From: Candidatus Omnitrophota bacterium
GTDB taxonomy: Bacteria > Omnitrophota > Gorgyraeia > Gygaellales > Profunditerraquicolaceae
Direction of reading: 5' to 3'
DNA: 64,000 nt
Assembly: GCA_041662125.1 (NCBI GenBank)
Contig: JBAZTA010000001.1
Span: 518,379-582,378, forward strand
Part shown: positions 18,164 to 28,728 of the stretch, in pieces
Numbering within the stretch: position 1 is the stretch's first letter
How the letters are laid out: each line of letters starts with the position of its first letter
Position numbers and translations under genes: made by a program
The notes under the pieces: model-generated
What the model was told of the DNA's origin: nothing
Databases searched by the model: none
The model's input: only the letters and a program-made list of their open reading frames with translations

Positions 18164-18358
18164 CTACCGCAAAAGCTTCCGGTCTTCCAAACTCAATTTC
18201 GTTTTCTTATCCCCAACCACATTACTGCACCTGGTGCACCAATACTCATACAGGTACCCATCGGGTAAAATCAAAAGTAACCTTTCCCGCACCGGCATAG
18301 ACTTGCCGCAACGGTCGCAATATAAAGAAGTAGCCTGTAAATCTTCGTATTGTTTCAT
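18164..18358 (-). CDS. Small zinc-ribbon protein (CxxC...CxxC), hypothetical
   Basis: 64 aa with CDRCGKS ... CTRCSN. Confidence 0.55.
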   Translation of the reverse strand: MKQYEDLQATSLYCDRCGKSMPVRERLLLILPDGYLYEYWCTRCSNVVGDKKTKLSLEDRKLLR

Positions 18359-18373
18359 TTTCTCAAGAAAAAC

Positions 18374-18670
18374 TCAGGTTGATCCGGGGAGGTTAAAACC
18401 GGCAACACTCTTCATTTTCTCAGCAGCAACCACCTGTGATTGCTTAATTGCTTTAGTAAAAACATCTTTCATCGCCTGCTCTAATGTCTCCTCCTGCATA
18501 TTCGAAAGGTCACCTGAGACTTTAATATCAGTAATCTCCTGGGCGCCATTCATGGTAATCTTGATCAAGCCGTTGGAACTCTGTACATCAAAAGTCGTAT
18601 TTTCCAGCTGTTTTTTCATTTCCTGCATTTTCTTTTGCATATCCATCAATGCTTTCATCTTATCAAACAT
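18374..18670 (-). CDS. ybaB: Nucleoid-associated protein YbaB/EbfC
   Basis: MMKQ..MQ..M.KMQEE...V.G..G.G.VKVT.NG and a C-terminal GFNLPG, typical of the YbaB family. Confidence 0.85.
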   Translation of the reverse strand: MFDKMKALMDMQKKMQEMKKQLENTTFDVQSSNGLIKITMNGAQEITDIKVSGDLSNMQEETLEQAMKDVFTKAIKQSQVVAAEKMKSVAGFNLPGST

Positions 18671-18692
18671 ATCCGTGGATCCTTTCTTCCTA

Positions 18693-19157
18693 TTATAAGC
18701 GCTCTTTTTTTAAATCGCCTTTCGGGCCGATCTCGGTAACTTCTTCAATTTTAATTTTAAATATAGCACATTTCTCAGGAATACCAATCTCAAAATTTTC
18801 ATGTTTCTGTCCCCGGTAAAGCCCTTCAATAATCCGTTTAGCCGAAAGGCTGACGATCCGTTCGCTTAATTCATGAACGATCTTATCATACTGGGAGCCT
18901 TTATAGAGTATCTCAACAGGGCCGTTGACCTGAAAGCCGCTCAGAGAATTAGTATCCACAAAAGAAAGAGAAACCTTAGGATTAATCTTAAGGTTTTCCC
19001 AGGTCTTACTGAGCGTATAATCAACCAGATAAATAAAATTGTTCTCGACTTTTAAAAGAAACTTTGGCGCAGCATTAGGATGGCCATCAAAATCACAAGT
19101 CGCCACGCTGATAAATTCACGCTTTTCCAGGAATTCGATTATTTTCTTGGTGATCAT
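18693..19157 (-). CDS. Pyridoxamine 5'-phosphate oxidase-like FMN-binding split-barrel protein
   Basis: FISVATCDFDGHPNAAPKFLLKVENNFIYLV is a PNPOx-like motif. Confidence 0.7.
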   Translation of the reverse strand: MITKKIIEFLEKREFISVATCDFDGHPNAAPKFLLKVENNFIYLVDYTLSKTWENLKINPKVSLSFVDTNSLSGFQVNGPVEILYKGSQYDKIVHELSERIVSLSAKRIIEGLYRGQKHENFEIGIPEKCAIFKIKIEEVTEIGPKGDLKKERL

Positions 19158-19158
19158 G

Positions 19159-19545
19159 CTATATATCCTTTATCACAATATCCCTGAACACATTGCCAAA
19201 AGCAGCCTCAAAATCGTAGACATCCTTAAAATCATCAAGGGAATCAGTCTCTGTCTTAGAAAGCATCTTCTGCTCAATCATACAATAGACAATATTACCA
19301 AAATCCCGGGTCTTGGTTATCCCCCAATGAGAAAACACTGTTTTTGCCATCGGGCCGTATTGCTCAATAACAAATTTACGGATGCCCTCTGTAAGTTCCC
19401 CGCCGGTAATGTGGCTCGTTTTTTTAAGGTCCTTCTGGGTGTAATATAATGCCTGCATGACAAATTCATAGGCGTCGGGCTTATAGCGCTTATCTTTTTC
19501 ACAAATCTCTTCTATCAACTTATAAAAATCCTTTTTTTCTTCCAT
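19159..19545 (-). CDS. Hypothetical protein (128 aa)
   Basis: ORF with good coding character in a tight operon context. No family is recognised confidently. Confidence 0.5.
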   Translation of the reverse strand: MEEKKDFYKLIEEICEKDKRYKPDAYEFVMQALYYTQKDLKKTSHITGGELTEGIRKFVIEQYGPMAKTVFSHWGITKTRDFGNIVYCMIEQKMLSKTETDSLDDFKDVYDFEAAFGNVFRDIVIKDI

Positions 19546-19553
19546 AGTAATAT

Positions 19554-20195
19554 TTAAAACCCCAAACTTTCATTAACCAAAATCACCTTTAACCTATCCG
19601 CAGCCACTTCCGCTTCAATAATTAGAAGCTGAGCGCACATACGCCTGTATTCCGGAGCAAGACAACGTTCTTGGCGGCAATTTCCGCTTTCTAAACAAAA
19701 GCTGTTCCAATTCAAGCGCTTACAATTAAGCGGCGTGGCATATTCCCGCGCGCGCTGAATCGCGCAAGGCAGATCATCCTTGAGTTTATTGATCCCGCAG
19801 ACAATAATGACGTTTTTGGCGTTGGCAACACCTGCGGTACGATTACCATAAGCGCTCAAGAAAACTAATTCGCCTGTTTTTGCTACCGCATTAGCGCTGG
19901 CAAGATAATAATCTGCGTTTGCCCCTAACCTTCTTAATTCTAAACTCTCCTGCCGGGAGATCCCCGGTTTATTCTGGTTAAAAACCTTCCTGCCGCCGGC
20001 TTCTAATTCATTTATAACCCCAAGCTGCTCCAACGTTTGCGACCCTGAAACTCCGACGGATACAACTGCAGGGACTAATGTTTTGATCATTTCCAGGGCT
20101 TCACGCTTATCCTCGCAAAAGAACCCGGCAATATTTCTTTGCTGCCATTGCGCAATAAGTTTCGCAATTTCATTTTTAATCGCAGGGTTTGCCAT
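19554..20195 (-). CDS. LUD domain protein (LutC/YkgG-like, DUF162) with a C-terminal Cys-rich segment
   Basis: 213 aa with central-region similarity to lactate-utilization LutB/C family proteins. The C-terminus carries CKRLNWNSFCLESGNCRQERC. Confidence 0.6.
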   Translation of the reverse strand: MANPAIKNEIAKLIAQWQQRNIAGFFCEDKREALEMIKTLVPAVVSVGVSGSQTLEQLGVINELEAGGRKVFNQNKPGISRQESLELRRLGANADYYLASANAVAKTGELVFLSAYGNRTAGVANAKNVIIVCGINKLKDDLPCAIQRAREYATPLNCKRLNWNSFCLESGNCRQERCLAPEYRRMCAQLLIIEAEVAADRLKVILVNESLGF

Positions 20196-20223
20196 GAATA
20201 TGCGTAATCAGGAAATAATCGCC

Positions 20224-20709
20224 CTATAAATAAAGTAACGCTTTATATTCCTTCTGCGGGAAAGAATTACTTTTCGATTTAACAACACCTTTCTTATCAA
20301 GAAGGATATACGTAGGTATTCCCATGACATTATAATTACCGGATAAAGAAGAATTTTCGTCCAAAAGGACGGGGAATGTAAAATTATTTTTTTTCACAAA
20401 AGCGCTGACCTTTGCCTGGTTTTCTCCCACATTAATCGGAAACACTTCTAATCCTTGATTCTTTAACGTGGCATATTCCGAATTTATTCGCCCTAATTCT
20501 TTACGGCAATACGGGCACCATGTGGTCCAAAATAATAACAAAACCGGCTTATCACCATTGCCGCTTATCGATACCATGGTACCATTTAAATCCTTAAGCG
20601 ATACACCGGCAGCTTCTACCCCCGGTTTCGATTGTAAAGGCTCCAAGCCGAAAATAACCCCCTGTATCAACACTAAAAACAAAAAAACAGACAAGATCTT
20701 TCTTACCAC
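20224..20709 (-). CDS. Thiol:disulfide oxidoreductase, TlpA/ResA-like thioredoxin-fold protein
   Basis: WCPYC active site within a thioredoxin fold. The ORF-track start overlaps ccdA heavily, so the likely start is GTG at 20709, preceded by GGGAGG. Confidence 0.75.
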   Translation of the reverse strand: MVRKILSVFLFLVLIQGVIFGLEPLQSKPGVEAAGVSLKDLNGTMVSISGNGDKPVLLLFWTTWCPYCRKELGRINSEYATLKNQGLEVFPINVGENQAKVSAFVKKNNFTFPVLLDENSSLSGNYNVMGIPTYILLDKKGVVKSKSNSFPQKEYKALLYL

Positions 20710-21377
20710 ATCAACCTCCCTGCTTGCAGGAGAAAATACTCTCCCGCGCCGATTAAAATAAAACCGCCAAGTTTTTTTATCCGAACTATCCAGGCTGCAG
20801 CTTTCGGAAAACTTAAAAACATGACTCCGAAAGTCCCCGCTAAAATCAATAAAAACCCCATGCCATAGGCAAAAACTAACAACAAAGAAACTCCATATAC
20901 TATATTTTGCCTGCTTGCGACCAAAGCCAAAATAGCGCCCAATGCCGGAGCTGTGCAAGGGCCGGCAATTAAACCCGAAGCTAAACCAAGAAGAAAAACA
21001 GCGATATAACCGCCTTTATTCTTTATTTTATTGTGCAACTGCAAACCGGCAAAATTAAAGTGCACCACATCCAAAAACGATAAACCGGAAATAATACAAA
21101 CATTGCCCAGGATAAAAGGCGAAAGAGGATGGGACGATACGCGGCCAAACAATTTACCGCTGAGCGCCGCAAATAAACCCAAGGTCGCATACGTAATCGC
21201 GATACCCGAGACATAAATCAGGCTTAAAAATAGGCCCCTCCAGCGGGACCCCTCTGCTTTAACCCCGATAAAACCCAGGGTGATCGGGATAAGCGGATAC
21301 ACACACGGAGAGAAACTGACAACGACTCCACCCAGGAAAGCGCTCACATACCCGATTGTATCACCGGAGAGATTCAT
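20703..21377 (-). CDS. ccdA: Cytochrome c-type biogenesis protein CcdA (DsbD-family thiol-disulfide transporter)
   Basis: Six TM segments and a conserved SPC.YPL.P motif (SFSPCVYPLIP). Confidence 0.88.
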   Translation of the reverse strand: MNLSGDTIGYVSAFLGGVVVSFSPCVYPLIPITLGFIGVKAEGSRWRGLFLSLIYVSGIAITYATLGLFAALSGKLFGRVSSHPLSPFILGNVCIISGLSFLDVVHFNFAGLQLHNKIKNKGGYIAVFLLGLASGLIAGPCTAPALGAILALVASRQNIVYGVSLLLVFAYGMGFLLILAGTFGVMFLSFPKAAAWIVRIKKLGGFILIGAGEYFLLQAGRLMW

Positions 21378-21681
21378 CGATCCACCTCAAATATTCTTTA
21401 CTGCCATCAATTATCGGCAACGCGATAATCTCAGGAACTTCATAGCTATGCAATGACTTTACTTTCTTAATCAATTTCTTGATGAGCGCTTTTTTTGTTT
21501 TAATCACTAAAAGTACTTCTTTACCGCGGTCAACTTTCCCTTGCCACCAAAAGACAGATTTTATAGCATCGATAATATTAACGCAGGCAGCAAGCCGGGC
21601 TTCAATTAATCCCGACGCTATTTCTCGCGCTTCTTCTTTATTTGAGGCTGTTACCAGGATTACGCAATACATAAAATTCAT
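21361..21681 (-). CDS. cutA: Divalent-cation tolerance protein CutA
   Basis: CutA1 fold signature EAREIASGLIEARLAACVNI...SVFWWQGK...E.LL..KT in a ~106-aa protein. Confidence 0.88.
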   Translation of the reverse strand: MNFMYCVILVTASNKEEAREIASGLIEARLAACVNIIDAIKSVFWWQGKVDRGKEVLLVIKTKKALIKKLIKKVKSLHSYEVPEIIALPIIDGSKEYLRWIDESLR

Positions 21682-21792
21682 AGTTACAATAAGTTCTATT
21701 TATAATATTTTACCATGAATTAAAGCTTCATTCAAGGAGTCTCAAACCTTTTGAAAGCTCTTTTTGATATACTTCTTTAATTTTTAAGGTGG

Positions 21793-22551
21793 TCATTTCA
21801 ACATGAGGACTGCCATCATCCTGCCGCAGGATGCGCCTTCCCGGCGATAAGAAAAATACCGGTCATTTTGGCACGAGGTACAGGAGCCGTTATCAAAGAT
21901 ATTAATGTCCCTGAGGCCCGAACGTACAAGCTGCCTGCGGTTTATTTCAGCTAAATCAAGATAATAACGGCTGCCTTTCTCTATGATATCATCAGGAAAG
22001 GAATCTTTAAATTCAACACCAACCTCGTAACAACATGCCCTGATTGACGGGCCTAACCCGGCATACAAATCCTGGGGCCGAGTATTAAATTTCTCTTTCA
22101 TTGCCTGCACTGTTTGAACGACGATTCTTTCTTGAGTGCCTCGCCAACCGCTGTGCACCAAACCAATAGCCGAAGCACAAGGATCATACAAAAATACAAC
22201 CTGACAATCAGCGCTCAAGATCGCCAGCGGCACATTACGATAATCGGTAATAAGCGCATCCGTATCCATAACTGAAGTCTGATACGATAACGCGCCACTG
22301 CCCTTATCCCAGGAATCAACATACCGGATACGGCTGGCATGGACCTGTTTTGTCGCCACAAGAGACTGATAATCAATCCCCAGGCGTATCAAAAACTCAT
22401 TGCGGTTCAAACACGCCTTTTCCCTGCCGTTGCCATACACGAAAGACATATTGCGGTGAGAGCGGTTGCTAAAGCCGCAAACAAGTTCTCCCCTGAGCAG
22501 GTCAGAAAATAAGTCGTATTCTTCTTCTTGAATAAAATCGTATGCTCGCAT
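21793..22551 (-). CDS. pgeF: Peptidoglycan editing factor PgeF / YfiH (DUF152) purine nucleoside phosphorylase-laccase family
   Basis: HSGWRGT motif and conserved C...H...C zinc ligands. Confidence 0.85.
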   Translation of the reverse strand: MRAYDFIQEEEYDLFSDLLRGELVCGFSNRSHRNMSFVYGNGREKACLNRNEFLIRLGIDYQSLVATKQVHASRIRYVDSWDKGSGALSYQTSVMDTDALITDYRNVPLAILSADCQVVFLYDPCASAIGLVHSGWRGTQERIVVQTVQAMKEKFNTRPQDLYAGLGPSIRACCYEVGVEFKDSFPDDIIEKGSRYYLDLAEINRRQLVRSGLRDINIFDNGSCTSCQNDRYFSYRREGASCGRMMAVLMLK

Positions 22552-22554
22552 TGC

Positions 22555-22791
22555 TTATAGGCAAACCCGGATAATCTTATTTTTAATTTTGTGGCCGCTT
22601 ATAATCTCAAGCTGATATTTTTTCACGTTCAAGAACTCAGCCAAGAGCTCGATCAACTGCCGGTTCGCTTGGCCTCCCTGAGCCGATTTAGTGAGATAGA
22701 CTTTTATATGATCATTTTCTTTTTTAACCAGGTTCCTGCTTGCTTTCGGGATAACACGGACATTAAGGGTAGGGGGAAGTATTGTGTTCAT
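22555..22791 (-). CDS. DUF167 (YggU) family protein
   Basis: V.V.PKAS.N.V......L.V.L...A..G.AN..L...LA..L.V signature. The start is probably the MNTIL Met. Confidence 0.75.
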   Translation of the reverse strand: MNTILPPTLNVRVIPKASRNLVKKENDHIKVYLTKSAQGGQANRQLIELLAEFLNVKKYQLEIISGHKIKNKIIRVCL

Positions 22792-22798
22792 GAAATAA

Positions 22799-23107
22799 TT
22801 ATTTCTTCTCAATTGCAACTTTATACGCATCATAAATACTAAAAATACCCACGACACAGATTAAAGACAAACCAACGATAAAAAGGCTTGTTCCCAGGAA
22901 CACGATCGCTATCCCTTTTACCTTACCCAATAACCACAGGCCGATAAGCAAGCTCCCCACAAAAAATACAAGCATATTGAGCGCTGAAATAAAGATAATA
23001 AAGAGCCCCTTACCTATCTGGCCATTATAGATCTGCCCTAACCCGTTAAAAATAAAAGAAAACACTGCCGCCAACCCCGGATGAGGTAAATTATTTTGCT
23101 GTGTCAT
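22799..23107 (-). CDS. TM2-domain small membrane protein
   Basis: Two TM helices and the NP.L..A..S.IF.GLGQIYNGQ motif. Confidence 0.65.
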   Translation of the reverse strand: MTQQNNLPHPGLAAVFSFIFNGLGQIYNGQIGKGLFIIFISALNMLVFFVGSLLIGLWLLGKVKGIAIVFLGTSLFIVGLSLICVVGIFSIYDAYKVAIEKK

Positions 23108-24083
23108 TTAACTCCTCAGTTTGCGCTTCTCCCTGCGGCCTCTGAGCAGTAGAAGCAAGCTTTTCAGTAAACTTCCCTAACTTCACCTTCGCGTCGTTAT
23201 ATTTCGTGGCAGCATTAGACAGATGGTTTCCCACGAGGTCAAAATCACCCTGGAATTTCTTAAAATCGATCTGAATACCGCCTAATTCAGCCAGGATCTT
23301 CTGGATATTACGCTGGATATTGACACCCCGCAACCCATGCAGGATAGCCTGCAAATAAGCGTAAAAAGTATTCGGAGAAACAAAAATCACCTTGCGCCCT
23401 TGAGCGTAGGCGCATAATTCCTCATCTTGGTTGATCTGGTAATAAACGGCTTCAGCCGGTATATACATAAGCGCAAAATCAAATGTCCCTTCTCCCGGCA
23501 AAATGTATTTAGAGGCAACCTCATCAATCCGTTTCTTTACATCCCGCACAAATACGCGATACACCGATTTTTTCTCATCCTCAGACGGGCTTTCAGAAAA
23601 TTTCTTAAAATTCTCCAGCGGGAATTTCGCGTCAATAGAAATAAAGTTGCCTCCGATAACAATCACCGCATCGGCAATATCGCCGCTTTTGAACCGGTAC
23701 TGCAGCTTGATATTTTCCTTAGGAAGGATATCTTCTAAAAGCCTCCCCAACAACGTCTCGCCTAACTCACCCCTGAATTTCGGCGCGCGCAGGAGGTCCT
23801 GAAGGCTTGAGATATCTTTACTGATCTCATAGATCTGTTTATGAGTCTCCTCCAGCCTTCCGAGGCTCTTCTGCACATCGCCAAAAACGCGCGTGGCAGA
23901 ATCAAGACGCTCTCCCACTGTCTTATGCGCATCCTGTAAGGCTTGCGCAGTCTCTTTTAAACGTTCATTGACCTGCTGGGTGACAGCATTCAACTGCTGA
24001 TTCATCTGCCCGGCGACCTTCATAAGCAAAGCGACGATCGCTCCCATACCCACAGCAACAACGACAATAACCACCCACATCAT
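23091..24083 (-). CDS. rmuC: DNA recombination protein RmuC
   Basis: N-terminal TM, long coiled-coil and a C-terminal RmuC nuclease-like domain (DFALMYIPAEAVYY). Confidence 0.8.
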   Translation of the reverse strand: MMWVVIVVVAVGMGAIVALLMKVAGQMNQQLNAVTQQVNERLKETAQALQDAHKTVGERLDSATRVFGDVQKSLGRLEETHKQIYEISKDISSLQDLLRAPKFRGELGETLLGRLLEDILPKENIKLQYRFKSGDIADAVIVIGGNFISIDAKFPLENFKKFSESPSEDEKKSVYRVFVRDVKKRIDEVASKYILPGEGTFDFALMYIPAEAVYYQINQDEELCAYAQGRKVIFVSPNTFYAYLQAILHGLRGVNIQRNIQKILAELGGIQIDFKKFQGDFDLVGNHLSNAATKYNDAKVKLGKFTEKLASTAQRPQGEAQTEELNDTAK

Positions 24084-24143
24084 AATCTTAGTCCTTTACG
24101 TTTAATTTTAAGGCTGCTTCAATACGATTATACCACTCTTTTG

Positions 24144-24863
24144 CTAAAGCAAATAATCCTCTTTTATCCTTTTGACACTGCGAAAGATATTCGTTTTTAC
24201 ATCAGGGCATATTTTTCTCAAGTTCTCGATAATAACACCCATTTTTGTGCGGTTAGAAGTGGCAGCATGAGGGCACAAGCAAGTTTCATGAGGGATTTTT
24301 TCTTCTTTGGCAAAACGTTTGATCATTTTTTCCTCAACATACGCCAGCGGACGGATAAGCGTGATCTTGCCGCCAAAAAGCTCTTGTTTGGCCGCCATCG
24401 CGGAAATCTCACCTTGGAAGAATAAATTCAACAAAATGGTTTCAATGATATCGTCTTTATGATGCCCCATGGCGAGCTTAGTGCAGCCAAAACGCTCAAC
24501 TACCCGAAAGAGCGCTTTCCGCCTGTTCCAGGAACACCAGAAGCAATTAATATCTTTACGCTTGGTTTTCTTAAGCACATCGACTTTCTCGATGTGGTAG
24601 GCAATACCGGCTTTTTTAAACAGCCTCTCCAATTTTTTCGCACAGGAGCGTGGATATCCCATATCAATATGTACTGCCAGAATTTCATATTTAATGGGGA
24701 CGAATTTCTTGCGGTCGTTTAAAACACGCAGCAAGCTCAAACTATCCTTACCGCCTGAGACTGCAACGGCGATTTTATCACCGTCGGAAAGCATGGCATA
24801 ATCCATAATTGCCCTGCCGATGCGCTTTGAAATATAAAATTCGGTTCCCTGCAATACGGCCAT
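24144..24863 (-). CDS. ttcA: tRNA 2-thiocytidine(32) synthetase TtcA-like PP-loop ATPase
   Basis: SGGKDS PP-loop plus CxxC...C cysteine motifs. Confidence 0.78.
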   Translation of the reverse strand: MAVLQGTEFYISKRIGRAIMDYAMLSDGDKIAVAVSGGKDSLSLLRVLNDRKKFVPIKYEILAVHIDMGYPRSCAKKLERLFKKAGIAYHIEKVDVLKKTKRKDINCFWCSWNRRKALFRVVERFGCTKLAMGHHKDDIIETILLNLFFQGEISAMAAKQELFGGKITLIRPLAYVEEKMIKRFAKEEKIPHETCLCPHAATSNRTKMGVIIENLRKICPDVKTNIFRSVKRIKEDYLL

Positions 24864-24921
24864 ATTACCTCATAACTAAACAAATCTTAGAAATTTCGGG
24901 ACCTGCGCCGTGGCTTCCAAA

Positions 24922-25740
24922 TTAATATCGGGGAATAAGAAAAATGTGGCTGATAATAGTATTTGCCCAGAACATCGACATGATCGCTGCCAGGGCTAAA
25001 AACGGCCCGTAGGGAATGGTATGGTCTTTTTTGACCAGGAGATTTACAACACCGATTATGGCGCCAAAGAAAGGTGCGAGAAAGAAGGTAATCACTGCTT
25101 TTTCCCAACCAAGAAACGCCCCGATCATCGCCAGGAGTTTAACGTCTCCGCCCCCCATAGATTCGGTTTCTCCCTGGATAGGGCCTTTTTTGAGTATTTT
25201 AAAATAAACCAGGTCAAAAAGAAACCCGGTTAAATAAATGATCCCCCCGCCGATGATTATACCGAGGAAAGACTGCAGAGCAGGATTAAAATCATAGGAC
25301 CAGGGATCCAGGTGTAATCCACGCCCCGCATTAATGAGAAAACCGACGACCAGCCCGCCCACAGATATCTCATCAGGAATGATCCGGTGCTGGATATCCA
25401 CAAATGTTGCCACAATTAGGCCTGCCACAAAAATAATATAGTAACCAGCTTGAAAACTAAATCCGTAGAGATTATAGAACCACAAGAAACTAAGCGCGGT
25501 CACAAGCTCAACAATCCAATACCGCAGTGAGATCTTTTTCCGGCAAAACCGGCATTTCCCCCCTAAAACCAGATAACTTATCAAAGGAACATTATCAAAC
25601 CAGGAAATAGGTTTTTTACAATTCGGGCAAAACGAACCCGGCACCACAATCGATTGCTCAAGCGGCATCCGATAAATGCAGACATTCAAGAAACTGCCGA
25701 CAATAGCTCCAAAAAGAAAGGTAAAGATCTGCTCGATCAT
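24922..25740 (-). CDS. pilD: Prepilin peptidase (type IV leader peptidase / N-methyltransferase, A24 family)
   Basis: N-terminal CPNC...CRFC zinc motif, multiple TMs and catalytic Asp-containing regions. Confidence 0.88.
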   Translation of the reverse strand: MIEQIFTFLFGAIVGSFLNVCIYRMPLEQSIVVPGSFCPNCKKPISWFDNVPLISYLVLGGKCRFCRKKISLRYWIVELVTALSFLWFYNLYGFSFQAGYYIIFVAGLIVATFVDIQHRIIPDEISVGGLVVGFLINAGRGLHLDPWSYDFNPALQSFLGIIIGGGIIYLTGFLFDLVYFKILKKGPIQGETESMGGGDVKLLAMIGAFLGWEKAVITFFLAPFFGAIIGVVNLLVKKDHTIPYGPFLALAAIMSMFWANTIISHIFLIPRY

Positions 25741-26585
25741 TTATGTTTTGCTATTTCATCAACCAGGGCTTTGCGCATTACTTCAACCGGTGGTTTCAGG
25801 CCTGTCCAATATTCAAATGATAACATCCCCTGGTACAGAAGCATACCCAAACCATTGGAATAACGGCAGCCTTTCGTCCGAGCCAACTGCAGTAATTTGG
25901 TCTGCTGAGGGTTATAGATCAAATCATATACAAAAGTTGACGGTGATAATTTATTTACATTCACTAAAAGAGGATCAAACTCATTCATGCCGACAGGGCT
26001 GGAATTAATTAACAGGTCAGGAACAGACTCAAGAAGCATATCTATGGTATCAACAACTTCAATATTGAAAACTTCGAAGTTCTCGGTAATCTTATTGACA
26101 ATGCTCTCTGCTTTTTCTTTTTGAATATCATAAATCAGGATCTTGCCCGCCCCCTCTGCAGCTAACGACTGTACGACCGCGCGCGCGGCACCCCCGGCAC
26201 CTATTACTGAGACGGCCTGATTATAAAGGCTTTTAGGATAAATATCCATCAAATGTTTCAGGAACCCTAACGCATCAGTATTATGTCCCATGGTACTGCC
26301 TGCAACTACTTTAACCGTATTGACCGCACCGATAATTCTTGCCTCTTCACTCAACTGATCCACATAATTAACCATTGTTTCTTTATACGGAATGGTAACA
26401 TTAAAACCGCGGATATTTTCTTTAGCAGTCGACTGCAAAAACGAACTTAACAATTCAGGCTGGACCTCAAAAAGCTTATATTTAGCATTAATGCGCAGTG
26501 CCTGAAAAGCCGCGTTATGCATCGCAGGAGAAACGCTGTGTTTTACCGGATACCCAAGTAAACCATATGTTTCAGGAACGCTCAT
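25737..26585 (-). CDS. aroE: Shikimate dehydrogenase
   Basis: GYPVKHSVSP.MHNAAF and a GAGGAARA Rossmann motif. Confidence 0.9.
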   Translation of the reverse strand: MSVPETYGLLGYPVKHSVSPAMHNAAFQALRINAKYKLFEVQPELLSSFLQSTAKENIRGFNVTIPYKETMVNYVDQLSEEARIIGAVNTVKVVAGSTMGHNTDALGFLKHLMDIYPKSLYNQAVSVIGAGGAARAVVQSLAAEGAGKILIYDIQKEKAESIVNKITENFEVFNIEVVDTIDMLLESVPDLLINSSPVGMNEFDPLLVNVNKLSPSTFVYDLIYNPQQTKLLQLARTKGCRYSNGLGMLLYQGMLSFEYWTGLKPPVEVMRKALVDEIAKHK

Positions 26586-28087
26586 CTCATCTCCGTTTTA
26601 TTAATTGCATCCAGATATGCCCGTATTGCTGCATCGATGATGTCAGTACTGGAACCTCTGCCCGCGACACTTTTAGCTTTTGCCTTCAAAGTAAGGCTGG
26701 CTTGCCCTAAAGCGTCTTTACCGGAAGTCACCGCTTCTAAGCGAAAATCCTCCAGTTTAAAGGTATTCTGCGTTATTTTATCGACTGCCTTGAAACACGC
26801 GTCCACCGGGCCATCCCCGATAGACACGCCGCTAAGCAACTTACCTTTCTTGTTTAAGGTCACCGTCGCCTCAGGAGTGACCTTGGTCCCGGAATTAACC
26901 ACGAAGCTATCCAGTTGCCATAAGGGTTTAACCACCCGTATCTGGTCCTCTACAATGGTCCGTAAATCATCGTCATAGATATCTTTCTTTTTATCGGCGA
27001 CTTCTTTAAAACGCTCAAAAGCCTTATTTAACTCCTCATCGCTTAAATGAAACCCCAAACATTTCAGGCGCTCACCAAACGCGTGGCGGCCGGAATGTTT
27101 TCCTAAAACGATCCCTTCACCGTAAAAACCGACATCTTCCGGTTTAATAATTTCATAGGTGGAACGTTCTTTTAGAATACCGTCCTGATGTATGCCTGAC
27201 TCATGCCTGAAGGCGTTGCCTCCGACAATAGCCTTGTTGGGAGCAATAACAAACCCGGTCAGTTTACTGACAAGGCGAGAGGTATTATACAGCTGTTTTT
27301 TATTGATGTTTGTTTGTAAATTTTTATAAATGTCTTTTCGCGTATCCAAAGACATAATAATTTCTTCAAGCGCAGCATTCCCCGCCCGCTCACCGATACC
27401 GTTTATGGTACATTCGACCTGACGGGCGCCATTCTTTATCGCCGCCAAAGAATTTGCCACCCCCAGCCCCAAATCATTATGGCAATGGACAGAAATGACC
27501 GCTTTATCAATATTCGGGACATTCTCCCTGATTGCTTTGATCAACGCGCCATACTCCTCTGGTTCAGTATAACCTACCGTATCCGGGATATTAACCGTCT
27601 TTGCGCCCGCCTTAATGACCGCTTCCACCACCCGGAACAAAAACCCACCTTCAGTGCGCGAAGCGTCTTCGGGAGAAAATTCAATATCAGGGCAATATTT
27701 CTTTGCGTAACTGACTGACTCTACCGCCAGGCGCAGGATCTCATCTTCTGCTTTCTTGAGTTTATATTTCATATGGATCTTAGAAGTAGCCAAGAACACA
27801 TGGATACGGGAGCGTTTGGCCTGGCGCGTAGCTTCATATGCTGCGTCAATATCTTTTTTAATTGCCCTGCTTAAACCGCAGATAACCGCACCCTTGACCG
27901 CTTTGGCAATTACCCGAACCGCGTCAAAATCTCCTTTTGAAGAAATAGGAAACCCCGCTTCAATAACATCGACACCAAGCAGCGCAAGGGCGGAGGCGAC
28001 CTCCAACTTTTCTTTTTGGTTCAAGCTTGCGCCGGGTGCCTGCTCCCCGTCACGAAGTGTTGTATCAAAAACTACTATCTTTTCCAT
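26582..28087 (-). CDS. leuA: 2-isopropylmalate synthase
   Basis: [29 protein letters not shown] and a C-terminal LeuA regulatory domain in a 501-aa protein. Confidence 0.93.
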   Translation of the reverse strand: MEKIVVFDTTLRDGEQAPGASLNQKEKLEVASALALLGVDVIEAGFPISSKGDFDAVRVIAKAVKGAVICGLSRAIKKDIDAAYEATRQAKRSRIHVFLATSKIHMKYKLKKAEDEILRLAVESVSYAKKYCPDIEFSPEDASRTEGGFLFRVVEAVIKAGAKTVNIPDTVGYTEPEEYGALIKAIRENVPNIDKAVISVHCHNDLGLGVANSLAAIKNGARQVECTINGIGERAGNAALEEIIMSLDTRKDIYKNLQTNINKKQLYNTSRLVSKLTGFVIAPNKAIVGGNAFRHESGIHQDGILKERSTYEIIKPEDVGFYGEGIVLGKHSGRHAFGERLKCLGFHLSDEELNKAFERFKEVADKKKDIYDDDLRTIVEDQIRVVKPLWQLDSFVVNSGTKVTPEATVTLNKKGKLLSGVSIGDGPVDACFKAVDKITQNTFKLEDFRLEAVTSGKDALGQASLTLKAKAKSVAGRGSSTDIIDAAIRAYLDAINKTEMR

Positions 28088-28088
28088 T

Positions 28089-28718
28089 CTACCTCATCGT
28101 AAATGTCTTAATTGAAGTCTCAAACAATTTTATATTCTTATTAAAAGTTTCTGATTTATCTGCGCAAGATATCGTGAAACTAATGTTATTCTTAAAGAAG
28201 ATATATACTAAATACTTCAAATTAATATCCAAAGTCCCCATATTTACCGTTGATTCATACATAAACGTCACACCCGCGCACTTATTAATCGTGACTGGTT
28301 TTGGATTCCTTACCACTTTCATGTTTTTACCCATGACGTTTATGGTATTCAAATATTTCTTTGCATAATCCACTTTTGACTCTGTGCCTAAAGCATTAAT
28401 TAATTCCGCGACTAACGTTATGCTCGGATTCGATTTATTCTTTGTATTGAGAGGATACTGAGAGAATACGGTTAAGACCCCCATCCGTTGAGCGGCTTGA
28501 TCAGGGGTTTTTGTAATATCATCGATGGTTTTGGTGATCATACCCTGAAAAGTCTCTCCCGAGGTAGCTACCCACCCGTCAGGAGAACTAAAACTGATCC
28601 CCATCGTTTTATTATCATAAACGGCTGATTTCGCCTGAACAGGGACTAAACACGTTCCGCCGGAAAGGCCAAGAACAATCATTACTACTAACGATAATAC
28701 TATTTTCTTCAAACACAT
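28089..28718 (-). CDS. Secreted hypothetical protein (signal peptide)
   Basis: N-terminal hydrophobic signal MCLKKIVLSLVVMIVLGLSGG. No family is recognised. It is translationally coupled between ilvC and leuA. Confidence 0.55.
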   Translation of the reverse strand: MCLKKIVLSLVVMIVLGLSGGTCLVPVQAKSAVYDNKTMGISFSSPDGWVATSGETFQGMITKTIDDITKTPDQAAQRMGVLTVFSQYPLNTKNKSNPSITLVAELINALGTESKVDYAKKYLNTINVMGKNMKVVRNPKPVTINKCAGVTFMYESTVNMGTLDINLKYLVYIFFKNNISFTISCADKSETFNKNIKLFETSIKTFTMR

Positions 28719-28728
28719 GGCATATTCC